A stretch of DNA of 64,000 nt from Octopus sinensis (GCF_006345805.1 NC_043000.1:67704001-67768000), one strand, 5' to 3'; positions 39,880-53,009 are shown, numbered from the stretch's first letter. The notes: generated by a model not told the origin, from the sequence alone. Numbers and translations: made by a program.

Positions 39880-40450
39880 CTAAGAACGCAATGGAATTGG
39901 ATGTGTTCCTTAGAAGCAGTTGAAAGTTTTGTTACTTGACAGATCTAATTAGCAGCGGAAAGTGTAGTAGACATAATAACAATGGGTTAGAAAAACATTT
40001 CTGTCTGATGGCAACAAACGATTTCCTCTTCAGAATGAAGAACAGATTGCATGGTGCTTGTGTGTTAAGTACAACGTTGCATGACAGCAAGACGTAGGCC
40101 TTGAACACTGAGGAGTTGAGAAGTCTAGAATGAAACATAGCAATCATGTTTTGCCGGATATGTAATGTCAGTGTGCATGGACATCGGAGTGCAATCAAAC
40201 TAAAAGAGATGCAAGGGAGAAAACTCCTTGGGTATGGATATGTGATGCCTATGGATGCTGACAGCGGTATAAAAAAAAATTCGCGTACTCAATGTGCATA
40301 GAACGCGTGAAAGATGAGAGAGAGAGAGGAAGATTGGGACGAAGTGAAGACAGACCACAAGCTGTTGCATTTCACGTATGAAATTATAAAGGACCGTGAT
40401 GATTTGTGATATGCAGTGCTGGAGAAGATCCAACCATCAGTGCAAGCTCG
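39880..40450 (+). mobile_element. RTE-clade LINE 3' end (degenerate)
   Basis: Decayed RRLRWFGHVMRM...KTWDEVVK...DRDxWRYAVLEK-type C-terminus; 5' boundary uncertain. Confidence 0.55.
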
Positions 40451-40577
40451 TCAAAACTTACATAAAAATAGAGTTGGTTGTGATTGAGGCTGAGATATGT
40501 CTACATCTAGCTCTCAGGATATATACTATATGAAACCTCTTGGAATAAAAGAAAGGCCGAGATGAAACTAATATAGA

Positions 40578-40775
40578 GGCGTAGCTGTGTGGTAAGAAGT
40601 TTACTTCCCAATCACATGGATCCGGGTTCAGTCTCAATGCGCGGGACCTTGGGCAAGTGTGTTCTACTATAGCCTCGGGCCGACCAAGACATTGTAAGTA
40701 GATTTGGTAAACGGAAACTAAAAGAAGCCCATCGTATATGTATGGAAGGTGTCCCACTACCGCTTGACAACTAAA
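40578..40775 (+). mobile_element. SINE family B (3' truncated)
   Basis: ggcgtagctgtgtggtaagaag...gaccttgggcaagtgtgttctactatagcctcgggccgacc. Confidence 0.8.
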
Positions 40776-40786
40776 AGATTATATGT

Positions 40787-40821
<35 letters not shown>

Positions 40822-40889
40822 TGTGTACATACAAAAAACATAGAATACATACACAGCGCACACACACACACACACATATATATATTCTT

Positions 40890-41075
40890 TTATTCTTTTA
40901 TTTGTTTCAGTCATTTGGAGCACCACCTTTAGTCGAACAAATCCACCCCGGGACTTATTCTTTGTAAGCCTAGTACTTATTCTATCCGTTTCTTTTGCCG
41001 AACCGCTACGTTACGGTTGTCAAGCGGGGAACAAACACAGAATCACAAACACACACACCACACACACACACACAC

Positions 41076-41131
<56 letters not shown>

Positions 41132-41134
41132 ATA

Positions 41135-41176
<42 letters not shown>

Positions 41177-41330
41177 GACAGGCTTCTTTCAGTTTCCGTC
41201 TACCAAATCCACTTACAAGCCTTTGGTCGGCCAGAGTCTATAGTAGAAGACATTTGTCCAAGGTGTCACGCAGTGGGACTGAAACCGAAACCATGTGGTT
41301 GATAAGCAAGCTATTTACCACACAACCACT
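40890..41330 (-). mobile_element. SINE family B
   Basis: Reverse complement of the family B head, core and tail, with an internal (CA)/(TA) microsatellite. Confidence 0.8.
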
Positions 41331-41753
41331 TCTCCGAATTTAGGGAATGTAGCAGATAAAATTCAGGCTACATATGTTTCATAGCTGACATAACCTCGGA
41401 AGAAGTAATTACCTAAACGATAGGTAATCCGCTAGCTATTCGTCAAGCCAAAGATACCTTGGTCAAATGAAGGTTATATTCTTGTCAAGGGATTCCATGT
41501 TAACTGGCAGGTTTGATCAAAAATGCGTGGAAAGCACAAACTGAGAGAAGACATGGGGAAATATATTTGTGAAGAAATAATATATGCGAGTGGGTAAATG
41601 TCTAGATTTGTTAAGGAAGAGAATAAGATAGGATTCTAAACCCAATTTCATGCTAAATCTACACTAAAGCTATGGATTAAAACTACTGAGGCCATCCAAT
41701 GGTTTAATTCTCTAAGCCCCAAACATACATTTAAATTCATTAAGGTAGATAAA

Positions 41754-42975
41754 TATGATGGGGAGGCAAAACTTGCAAAATTGCTGTAACATTTAAAACT
41801 CTCTCACTGTGCATCAATGGGTTTAGTAATCCAAATGTAAGTTACTAACATTCACATAAGAATTATAAAACAAATAATTTATTCTATGTGGCTTCCATTA
41901 TGTGCAATTACAGTCTCCACATGACTCGGGAACCCCGCATATCTCTTCACCACGAAGTCTCTGGACATCTTGGCTCACTCTTCATTTATGGCAGCCTTCA
42001 GAGAATTGATGTTGGAGTGGGGGTTTTGTTGGTAGCATGCTCCAAAATGCCCCACACGACATAATCCGAAGGGTTGAGACCCGGGTTGGAAGAGGGTCAG
42101 AAATCTGCAGGCCAGAAAGTTGCAAAACTGGATTTGCAGAAATTCTGTACCTTCTTGGCAGGATGACAGGCAGTACCATCCTAGGTCTATACATAGTTGC
42201 CCTCCGGGTAGTTGACTTTGAGCCATGGAAAGACATGGTATATCAGCGTCTTGTAGCAGGCGTCAGCATCTACCTGTTCTCCGGGCTTGTGGAAGTAGAT
42301 GGACATCATTCTTCCCCCGGAGGCCATAACACCGAAGGCTAGGACCTAGGCTGGATGTCTGTTCTGAAGGTGCCCCTAATGTCAGCTGTTGCTGCGGTTC
42401 GCAATGGCGTCCTCTGTGAAGATCGCGTCAGAGATTATTTTCACTGTGGATCCGTTCCTCTTGAGGTATGTGAGAACCTTTTTACGCCTCTCCAGTCTCC
42501 TGATCTTTATAGGTTCTGTCAAAAAGTCTCTCGGTGTCATGGTGTAGGACTTGAGGTCCAAGTCATCATTCACAGATGTTCTGATGGTCTTGGCGTTCTT
42601 GAGCCAGCTTCCTCAGGAATGTGGTTGAGTCTGTTAAAATTTTGGTCTTGTGAGTGTTAACGAAGTCTTGATTCCACTTCTTCTTGGCTACACTTCAGCT
42701 ACACTTTCTCTGAATGCCATTGCTCATGTCCATTCTCTTCTTAACGTTACTCTCACTATGTTTGAGATCCTCTTCGGATCGACTTGTGTACGGACACACT
42801 CTTTGGTGTTTGTCTTCTTGTGCAGTCAAAATCTCCAATATTCCAGCAAAAAAACGAATTTATTATTAGCTGACAGTCTATTGTTTGTTCTGCATTAGAT
42901 TTCATATCATTTGGTGCAGTGGTTGGTGTGAAATATCAGTATAACTTTTATTGCAAGTTTTGCTTCCCCACCCTG
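41754..42975 (-). mobile_element. Tc1/mariner-superfamily DD37D (maT-type) transposon, inactivated
   Basis: Triad IISD / DGTACH / NPSDY with 37 residues between the second and third Asp; several stops; TIRs (ca)gggtggggaagcaaaacttgcaa at both ends (left one degenerate). Confidence 0.85.
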
Positions 42976-43059
42976 CAGACCAATATTTTTCTAGCGTATC
43001 TCCTATCCTACACAACAAAACATTTTATATTTGCCATGAAACATTCTAACTCCACTGTA

Positions 43060-43330
43060 GATGCTATTGATACTATCCAGGCAGCCCATTAAACCATTGT
43101 AAAATTCGACGGAAAATTCTGGGTCCGTAAAGACACCTGTAACTATTTCGACATTCCAATAGGGCGAGTGACTCGGCCAAAGTTAACGACCTCATAAGTT
43201 GTTACCTGCTCCATGGTCTCAAGGACCAATTCCCTAATATTTCTGGTGGTCTATATAGAGATGACAATCTGTTTGCGATACAGAACTCTAGTAACCGTGA
43301 AATAGAGGAACTTTGGAAAAGAATCAGGTA
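43060..43330 (+). mobile_element. Penelope-like element RT fragment
   Basis: FDIPIG..DSAKVNDLISCYLL...GGLYRDDNL (PLE FDVxMGSxDGAE / GLYRDD motifs). Confidence 0.7.
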
Positions 43331-43541
43331 AACAAGAACACGAGAGGTGCTTTAAATTTGCTAAGTTTAAGTAAAAGTTAATTTTGACTTTATTCAACAT
43401 ATTCCCCTCTCGGATTTATTCTTATTGCAGCGGTCTTTCAGTTTTTCTAGGTCCTGTAAAAGAACATGGAAGGTTAGGCCTCCAGTCTGGCCTTGCACAA
43501 TACCCATAAAGCCGGAAACTTTTCATCAGCGCCTCGTATAT

Positions 43542-43615
<74 letters not shown>

Positions 43616-46504
43616 ATATACATACATACATACATACATACATACATACCTACATACATACATTACATACATATACATATACATAAAGAGAGAATATATA
43701 TATATAACTGAGATTCAGTTGAATTAGGCACTTAAGTTGAAGCACCAAGTTAATACGGTATTATCCGCACAGCCCGAAGTAGGGTGAATAAAATCAAAAT
43801 AAGTGATAGGATATCAAGTAGTGATGCAGTACGAACGTTTCAAGCGACTATATTTAATTGAAAAATGCAATCATTACATCAATTTAAATACAATGCCATC
43901 TTCAGCTGCACAAATAAATAAATGGAATTTTAACAAGTAGGACACATTAATATAATTTTTCTTAAATATTCTAACAGAGCAAAAAAATGGAAGAAATTCA
44001 TGTTGCCGTTATTGTAGCTAAGAATAGACTACAACTTTATGTACATTATTTACATTTGACGGATATTTGTCCTCATCTTGTTTGTTGTTCACACAACGTT
44101 TCAGGTGATATACCCTGACATAGGGTAGACAGACTGTGGACAGGTTATTGGTTTCATCCTCTCTTTACACTGTATGAAGTTGAGGTATCGTCCAGTGAAG
44201 GTCGGTGTGGTATACGGATGTCCTGAATCCATACTTGGTGCGTGTTATTAATACGTCCAGGAATACTAGCTGACTGTCTTTTTCTTTTTCTATTGTGAAC
44301 TGTATGGATGACTTTATTGAGTTCACATGATCTAACAGCACTTGGACATCTTCCTGGTGGGGCCAGAGTATAAAGGTGTCATCAACATATCGCAACCATA
44401 GGGTTGGCTTAAGTGGTGTTGATCCTCAAGCCAAGTTCTCAAAGTATTCCATGTATATTTTGGCTATTATCGGTGATAATGACGAGCCCATAGCTATACC
44501 TTCTTCTTGTCGATATATATCAGTGTCCATACTGAAGTAGGTAGTTTCTAACAGAAGGTCAATATTTCCATCAGGTTTCTTATTGGTATACTAGTGTATT
44601 CTTTTAGATGGGTGTCTGTCACTAGTTTGTCTTGGACCACCGATAATGCTTCACTAGTTGGGACTTTGGTGAACAGATCACATCTAGACTCACCATCTGG
44701 TTGAATTCAATGGGGGTATCCTTGATCAATTCTTTGAAGTGGGTGGAATTCTTCAAGTACGATGTTGACTTTCCTGCTAATGGACTGATTATATTCGCAA
44801 GAAAGCGGCTCAGTGGATGACATGCACTATAGGTCTTAATGGAATACCATCCTTGTGAATCTTAGGGAGACCGTACATGTGTGGTAGTTTACAGTAGTAG
44901 TGTTGAGTCAGTTGTCTGTACCTCATTGGTGTAAAGTGATCCTTGTTCTTGATCAAGATTTGTGACAACTTCCACTCTGTTTTCAGAGTTGGACCTTTCT
45001 TTTCTCTGCTGTAGTTACCATCACTTATAAGACTTGCTAATTTTTAAGAGTAGTCAGACTTGTTCATCACCACTGTAGCATTTCCCTTGTCCGCTGACAG
45101 TATTATCATGGAATTGTTATTCTGTAGTCTTTTGATAGCGAACTGTTCTTCCTTAGTGATGTTTGGTTTGGGAAGTTTCGCTTTTTCTAGTACCTATCTC
45201 ACTTTCCACCTTAGTTCATCTCCCTGAACCTTTGGTATCTTTATGGCTATCTCTTCAATAGGGGCTATTATTTCCAAGTATGGAATGTGCTTGAAGGTTG
45301 TCGCAAAGTTGAGACCTTTGTTTAACACTGCTTCTTCAGAGCTTTCTAGATGTCGGCTACTTACATTAATTTCTGCTTCCACAGGTGGATGACGGACTTC
45401 AGTCTCCTTTCTCTGAATTTTTAATTTTATAAACGTCTTAATCTGGCATGTCTTCACCATTTCAAATTCATTCATGTACGACTTTTGTAGATTTCATGCA
45501 CGACTTGTTGGATTCTCTTTCTATCAATATCTCTGGTTATTTTCCTAAGTAATGAAGATAACCTCTCTTTGATTTCTTTATTTAGTTGATGTTTTTTTCC
45601 AACGGTTGTAATGGATCCTCTCACGGACAAGGGCATGTCCTGCCATTTCCGCTACTCTTCTAGCTTTATATGAATCCACTGGTGTGATTATATTCAAGCC
45701 AGGTGGCTTGAATATAGCTTTGAGTTTCTACATCTACACAGGAAAGTTAGATGGTTTGAAATACGAGCTAGTTTTTGATGGAGTTTCTCTATATGTCTCC
45801 ACTGAAGTCTAATGTTGGCTCCGTGACGATTTGATAATACAGTTCTATATTGAAGAGATTAGGAATTATGTACTTTATTTACATTTGACGCATATTTGTA
45901 CTCATCTTGTTTGTTGTTAACACAACGTTTCGGCTAATATACCCTCCAGCTTTCATCAGGTGTCTTGGGAAAATTTCGAACCTGGGTTCTCATTCCTAAG
46001 ATATTTGTTGTGTCCTAACATATGTGCTGCTTCTTTTAGTTTTCGTATTTTCCAGTGGTGTTCTCTATTATATGCCTACCCTATGTGAAAGGCCTCTCCG
46101 AAAAGATACAAAAGATAAGTACTGACATCAGGACAGTATTCAGGAGTAATACAACACTTCGTAAATATCTCCTTCGAGTAAAACAACCAATAGAAGAGAA
46201 TATGACCAAAGACTGCATGTACTCCATCCCATGCAGCTGTGGTAGGTTATACAAAGGTGAAACATGCCACCCCCTCAAAATAAGGGTAGACGAACATCGC
46301 AAAGCTGTGACACGAGGAGATATTGATATATCGGGTATAGCTGATCATGTATGGAAAAATGGAGACCACCTCCCCCTGTGGGATGAAGTTAAAATAATAG
46401 TGAATACCAATGGAAAATACGAAAACTAAAAGAAGCAGCACATATGTTAGGACACAACAACCTCCTAAGCAGACTGCAGATATGGAAACCGGTATTAAGG
46501 AAGG

Positions 46505-46616
46505 ATAGTAATAGTAATAGTAATAGTAATAGTAATAGTAATAATAATAATAACAACAACAACAACAACAACAACAATAATAATAATAATATAATAATAA
46601 TAATATAATAATAATA

Positions 46617-46713
<97 letters not shown>
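46505..46713. repeat. (TAGTAA)/(CAA)/(TAA)n microsatellite inside the Penelope element
   Basis: Read directly from the sequence; source of the spurious poly-Tyr and poly-Leu ORFs. Confidence 0.95.
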
Positions 46714-46715
<2 letters not shown>

Positions 46716-46751
46716 CTTAGGAATGAGAACCCAGGTTCAAAATTTCCCCAA

Positions 46752-46797
46752 GACACCTGATGAAGGCTGGAGGGTATATCAGCCGAAATATTGTGTT
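46752..46797 (+). ncRNA. Minimal type I hammerhead-ribozyme-like motif in a Penelope pseudo-LTR
   Basis: GACAC-CUGAUGA-A-GGCUG...CAGCC-GAAA-UA-UU^-GUGUU; sister copy on the minus strand at 45919-45964 has GAAA-CG-UU. Confidence 0.6.
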
Positions 46798-47035
46798 AAC
46801 AACAAACAAGATGAGTACAAATATGCGTCAAATGTAAATAATATACATAATCCCTCATCTCTTAAATATAGAACTGTAGCCTAGTACTTACATTAGCGGT
46901 TCTTTTGCCGAACCATAACTAACGGGGACGTAAACACACCAACTTCAATTGTCAAGCGATGGTTGTGGGACAAATACAGACACAAATACATACAAACACA
47001 TATATATATATATAATATATATATATATATTATAT

Positions 47036-47078
<43 letters not shown>

Positions 47079-47105
47079 TATATATAATATATATATATAT
47101 AATAT

Positions 47106-47190
<85 letters not shown>

Positions 47191-47783
47191 TATATATACA
47201 TACATACATACATACATACATAATACATACATACATACATACATACATGCATACATACATGCATACATACATACATTATCTATATGAATATGTAAATATA
47301 CATATATGTATATATAGATATATTTACTTGAATAATGAGAGAGACGAAAGAGGGAAGATACGAGAATGTTTATTAATACCTACTATTATTTCGACTTATC
47401 TAGCATCGATCCCTCACGGGTAGGATACTAAACAATTGGTTTTGTAGGATCCGACGGTTTAGATGTGTCTCTTAAGGTGATTACAAGATGTATCCAGTTA
47501 AAATAACGATTGTTTCAGAAGATAACTTCTTGGTATGTGTATAGAAAAGCAGCAAATTAAAGAATAATGCTTCATTTTAAACCAGATCAATAGAAAAAAG
47601 TGTATTCAGTACCATAACAGAGATTAATGATATACTTTATTTTGGTCAAGTCTGTTTCACGTCACTCCTGGTTTCGCCTGTAGGTAGACAGAATCTTCAG
47701 GCAGTTCATAACTCGCCTGAAGGTCTTCTGTATTTACAAGCGAAACTCTGAGTAGCATGGAACGGACATTACAAATATATAAT

Positions 47784-47950
<167 letters not shown>

Positions 47951-48146
47951 AAAACATTTATGCATTGTTTACATTCTTACTACAGTAAGTAACGGTTTCC
48001 TTATGGCAAGCCTTTAGTTTTTGAAAATTAACTGACCAATTGTATCCTCCTATTGTCCGGCCCTATCCAACTCTAGACCAGAGATTGTTTCAGGTATACT
48101 GCCTACTTATAATATTTAGTGAAATGAATACGAAATCAATTATAGT

Positions 48147-48450
48147 AAACTAGCAGTATCGCCCGGCGTTGCTCGGGTTTGCAAGGGAAATAACTATATA
48201 AGCATTTTTAGAGAGTTACTTCCCTTATATAAACCGAGCAAAAAATGCATTAAAAAAATGATGGTAATTCTTTTTTAAAATCGTAGACTCATCGTAGACG
48301 CGCGCTAATACCCAAAAGGGCTCGATATGAATCACGACTATAAGATACCCGCTTTTGGTTAAACTGCACCGCAAAATGTGGGAGTAGTTAGGAATCTAAA
48401 TCGGAGGAGACAGACCCTCACACAACTTCAGTTTTATATATAAAGATTAC
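48147..48450 (+). mobile_element. Non-autonomous Helitron/Helentron-like (HINE-type) element
   Basis: Starts actagcagtatcgcccggcgttgctcggg and ends ...ttttatatataaagat, the typical layout of such elements. Confidence 0.6.
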
Positions 48451-48776
48451 AGTCAACAGTATATATAAAGATTACAGTCAACTGTTATTTAGTTTTCTTA
48501 CTTTTTCACTTTAGATTTCTGCTCTCCTGAAATGCTCATTTTATATACCTATCCCGCGCCTCCCCACACCCCCACCGTATATAAAAATGTACCACTTAAT
48601 TTTATAACCACCCCTTATTCTTTCTCTAATTTTCAGTCGGTCTAAAGTTTCACAGTGGGTCAGCATGTAGCACCAATTCATTTTTACCGTTCTCACTTTC
48701 TACTTTTTCTTCTTTTTCTTTTCACTTATATTTTATTTATTTTTGGGTTTTGATGATGTTTCGTGATATATATATA

Positions 48777-48841
<65 letters not shown>

Positions 48842-48853
48842 GTATATATATAG

Positions 48854-48885
<32 letters not shown>

Positions 48886-48913
48886 TATTATATATATATA
48901 TATTATATATATA

Positions 48914-48944
<31 letters not shown>

Positions 48945-49915
48945 AAGAATAAGGGTGAAAAATTGAATATTAATTTGATTAATATCAATTTAAAATCAGT
49001 GGTCTAGCATATTTAAAAATCTGAAGTTTCAGAAGAATTATATTACGTACATATAAAAGGGATGACCTTTAAGTGGACATCCATTATGCTAGAAGAAAAT
49101 CTTCTATTGTCTAACATTTACGTAATCATCCGCAAACTCGTCAGTGCGATCGTCTTAGCAACTATAATTTGCAGAACTATACACGGGATGTCCGCATGAG
49201 ATTGAACGTGTATACAGTTCTACCAATTACAATTGGAGTCGCTTTTCAAAAGCCTTCGGTCTGGCGAGCCAAACTGCCGGAAATATTTCTGAAGAAAATA
49301 ATTCTCTGCAGTGAATTTTGCCGGTTAGAGAACATAGCTATTTAAATTTAAAATAAAATAATAAGGGTGAAAAATTGAATATTAATTTGATTAATATCAA
49401 TTTAAAATCAGTGGTCTAGCATATTTAAAAATCTGAAGTTTCAGAAGAATTATATTATATACATATAAAAGGAAGGACCTCTAAGTGGATATCCATTATG
49501 CTAGAAGATCTGCTATGGTTTAACCACAAAGAAAAGAATGTTCTCAAGAAAAATTTAGCAGAACGCCAGAACGTAAGCGAGCAAGATAAATGAAAAGATA
49601 CAAAATATAGATTAATCACAAACCAGGTTTCGTTGTCAATGGATTACGTAATCATTTACGTAATCATCCGCAAACTCGTCAGTGTGATCGTCTTAGCAAC
49701 TATAATTTGCAGAACTATACACGAGATGTCCGCATGAGATTGAACATGCGTTATGCTAGAAGATCCGTTATGGTCTAACCACTAAGAAAAGAATGTTCTC
49801 AAGAAAATTTAGCAAAATGTTCTTGAGAACATTCTTTTCTTAGTGGTTAGACCATAGCGAATCTTCTTCTAGCATAATGGATGTCCACTTACAGGTCTTC
49901 ACTTTTATATGTATG
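48945..49915. repeat. Unclassified repeat family X, tandem copies plus terminal foldback
   Basis: ataagggtgaaaaattg recurs at about 48949 and 49361; foldback centred at about 49812. Confidence 0.85.
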
Positions 49916-49916
49916 T

Positions 49917-49982
<66 letters not shown>

Positions 49983-50000
49983 GTATGTTATATATATATA

Positions 50001-52509
50001 TTGCCTATCAGGCCTTTATAGTTCGTTTCAAACAAAAGAGTTTCCAAGTCCATCTTTGTCAACAATGTTTCTCAACCTCATCTTCAGGATATGGAGTCAA
50101 TTAGGTTTCTTTGCTGCCATTTTTATGATGAGCACATTATTATTATAAAGATTCCCCCAACAGACCGGGAAAAGCCTTTGTTCTAAAATATCTAGAAATT
50201 CTTCCGTTGGCCTCATAATGTAATTCGAAATAAACAACTCCTACCCTACAAAGTTGTGTGTGTGTGTGTGTGAGCGCGCGTGTGTACGTACCTGTGTGCG
50301 CGTACGTGTGTGTGCGTACGTGTGTGTGCGTACGTGTGTGTGCGTACGTGTGTGTGCGTACGTGTGTGTGCGTACGTGTGTGTGCGTGCGGGTGTATGGG
50401 TGTGAGAGTGCGTGTGTGCGTGCGTGCGTGTGTGCGTGCGTGTGTGCGTGTGTGCGTGCGTGTGTGCGTACGTGCGTGTGTGTTTATTATTTTCACAATG
50501 CAAGTCCCCAAAAGGTATCTTTTCTGTCTGGCTTTCACGTTTTGAAATTTTTTAATTAAATGAAAATTTCCAAATTTAGTATATTGATGTAATTTTTCAC
50601 GTTGAATCTGTTGCTGTTATTCACTTGTTCCAGAAAAGTTTTAGAAAAATGTTACAGCGGTTTGAAGTTTGATTATTTTTACTCAATCAGAAAACAGGGT
50701 TTAGAAGCAGGCAATTTCTGCGTAATAACTGGAAGCTATATATTATGAAAAGTTGCAAAAAGTCGAACCATACGTTATACTACTATAGTCCTGTTCATGT
50801 AAACAACTAATGTCGAAAATTCAAAATCGAAAGTTTGATATACACTAGAGTTAGAGTCAGATTTTAAAGTTGGGGTTTTAGTTTAAACTTAGGATGTACG
50901 GCTAGAGTCAGGATTTAGGGTTGAGCTTTGGAATTACAATTAGGGTTTAGGGTTAGAGTAGGGACTTGCGTTGGAGTTTAAGGTTTGAATTAGCGTTTAG
51001 GATTAGGCTTAGGGTTTAGCGTTGGTGTTTAGGGTCACGCTGACCCGTGGATGATCTAGGGTTAATCAATTAGTAATATTTTTCGTGAACATTTTTCTAA
51101 AGTTTTTCTGGGACAAGTAAATACGATAATCAGATTCAGTGTGAAAACTTACATCAACATACCAAATTTGAAAATTTTAAATTTCAAACACTGTCACATC
51201 AACAGAAAAGGCCCGTTAGTTTTTCTGTCTAACAAAAGAATGCAAAACAAACGTTCGAACAGGAATGTAAACAATTTAAAAAGGAAAAAGTCCTCAATGA
51301 AGTTTGCGAATAAATTGTAATAATACTGTAATAAATTGTAATAATACTGTACTAATAGTTCAGTTCATGTAAACAATTAATACATTTTTTGAAGCGAAAA
51401 ATCAAAAACGTAAGTTCTGAATATCGGTACATAGGGGTTGTAATAGTTCTAAGCAGACAACAGCTTGGCTTGTTACTATGGAAATAGGCAGCAATATATC
51501 TGTAAATAGGCAAATTTTAAAAAGCTATCAAACTTTATTAATTTATTAATTTATGGCAAAAATGAATTTCATTTCCATAATTAGCATGCATAACTACATC
51601 ACTACACCAAATTTTAAATCAACTGTAACAAAATTGAAAGAATTGAAAAGTGAAAGCCTAAGAGAAAAAGCCCACAAAGGTTTTAAACTTTTAATAAATG
51701 CTTGAATAATCAATAGCGCTCACATGGTTGTTCTCTGGCAAATCGTATCTTGCCTGTGTTGAATGTTTCCTTCCTCCAAGACAAGCTGATGCTAATAATA
51801 ATTTCATGCGTTCATGAACAACTTGCAACTGTTCCTCTTGTTCATTATACCCTGTCAGAACTGTCAAGTCCTCAAACCATTCGTCACGAAAGTTAAAGAC
51901 AGTTATCCCTGTATAAAGAGCAGCTGCCGCTACAAGACTTGGTGGAAAGTAATTTCTTACGCTGAGAAAGTCATCATATAGCGCTAGTTCCACTAAATAG
52001 TTCATCATACTATACAAATCGTGACGAGGTTCTAATTTGAGAATAATCTGGTAATACGAAACGAAGACATATGGAGTCATAAAAAACATCCTACCATGAA
52101 AACGTTCAGAAACCGAAATGTGCATCCTATGAAGCTCTTCTAAAGAAGACTCCGGGTCAACTCTAGATGTCATATGAATAACATCATTACCCTCATCTGT
52201 TACACGATTATATATTGTGTCAAAGGCGATTCTAAGGCATGTAGCTCCAACACATTGCAGTTTTTCGCTTGAAATCGGTGGTGAGCTTCTAGAAGACAGG
52301 AATAAGTCAAATAATGCAACTGACAGGTGGATGACATCCAAAACGCTCTCGTAATAATCTGCGCATGCTATCATCCAGTTGACCACAGCCTTACGATCTT
52401 CAGGCTGAAAATTATGCTGACCATCTCGAAAATAATTACGGACTCTTTTTTGCCGTCTTTCCATTTCATATACATTGTTTAAATTTCTAACAACCTGTGA
52501 AAAATTCAT
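50001..52509. repeat. Tandem segmental duplication, unit 1 (cyclin gene plus about 1.7 kb downstream)
   Basis: Shares colinear blocks with 62118-64000: ttgcctatcagg..., tttctttgctgccatttt..., cagaaaagttt...aatgttacagcggttt, a TTAGGG-like tract, the 3' UTR and the CDS. Confidence 0.9.
51691..52509 (-). CDS. Intronless, divergent cyclin A/B-fold protein, copy 1 (272 aa)
   Basis: Single ORF with ACC-ATG start and an upstream in-frame TAA at 52528-52530; cyclin box DRKAVVNWM...HLSVALFDLFLS...EKLQCVGA; C-terminal box NYLVELALYDDFL...PSLVAAAALY; AATAAA about 150 nt after the stop (51534-51539). Confidence 0.85.
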   Translation of the reverse strand: MNFSQVVRNLNNVYEMERRQKRVRNYFRDGQHNFQPEDRKAVVNWMIACADYYESVLDVIHLSVALFDLFLSSRSSPPISSEKLQCVGATCLRIAFDTIYNRVTDEGNDVIHMTSRVDPESSLEELHRMHISVSERFHGRMFFMTPYVFVSYYQIILKLEPRHDLYSMMNYLVELALYDDFLSVRNYFPPSLVAAAALYTGITVFNFRDEWFEDLTVLTGYNEQEEQLQVVHERMKLLLASACLGGRKHSTQARYDLPENNHVSAIDYSSIY

Positions 52510-53009
52510 GGTCGTTCTTCTGCGAAATTACACGAAACTCATTTGTTTAGAAAGTATAGTGAAGGTGAAGTGGTGAAAATCAAAAATATCTCTCACTTGA
52601 TTACGTCATTCAAACGTAACAATCAGTAAATGTCGTTCCAGTTTATTTGAATGACCAAAATCTTAACTTGTATTTGGATATTAAACTATTTATTATTCTT
52701 TAACATTTGAAGTGTACTAAATTGATTGTTATTTACAATATGATAGTTAAGCAATATATAACCTTGAAATTATAAAACTGAACATGTGTTACAATTCAAT
52801 TACGAACATAGCATGAAAATAGCTATTTAATGCCTAAACCTATCATAATAAAATTGCAAAGCATAACCTTTATGATATTTGGGCCTATAAAACACATAAA
52901 TCATAATTCTAACCTATTTTCAAAGTTACTCAAATGCAAATGTGTGTATTTAATCAACATGCATACATACATACATATACACACACACACAGACAGACAG
53001 ACAGACAGA

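Larger units (their letters stand above)
44040..46878. mobile_element. Penelope-like element: RT on the minus strand, inverted GIY-YIG module on the plus strand, three pseudo-LTRs
   Basis: RT: YGSPKIHKDGIP, GIAMGSSLSP, WLRYVDDTF, FLDV (44150-45830, -); endonuclease: YSIPCSCGRLYKGET...RVDEH (46055-46490, +); pseudo-LTRs at 44040-44125 (-), 45840-46000 (-) and 46714-46878 (+). Confidence 0.9.

Noticed and set aside
51691-52509. Viral (herpesvirus-type) cyclin in an endogenous virus
   Set aside because: No viral genes, terminal repeats or compositional shift nearby, and the motifs are closer to cellular cyclin A/B; a phylogeny would be needed to exclude it fully
52601-52614. CRE-like TGACGTAA next to a CHR-like TTTGAA about 100 bp upstream of cyclin copy 1 (minus strand)
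   Set aside because: Suggestive of a G2/M promoter, but short motifs arise easily in AT-rich DNA, and the copy-2 promoter is outside the window so conservation cannot be checked
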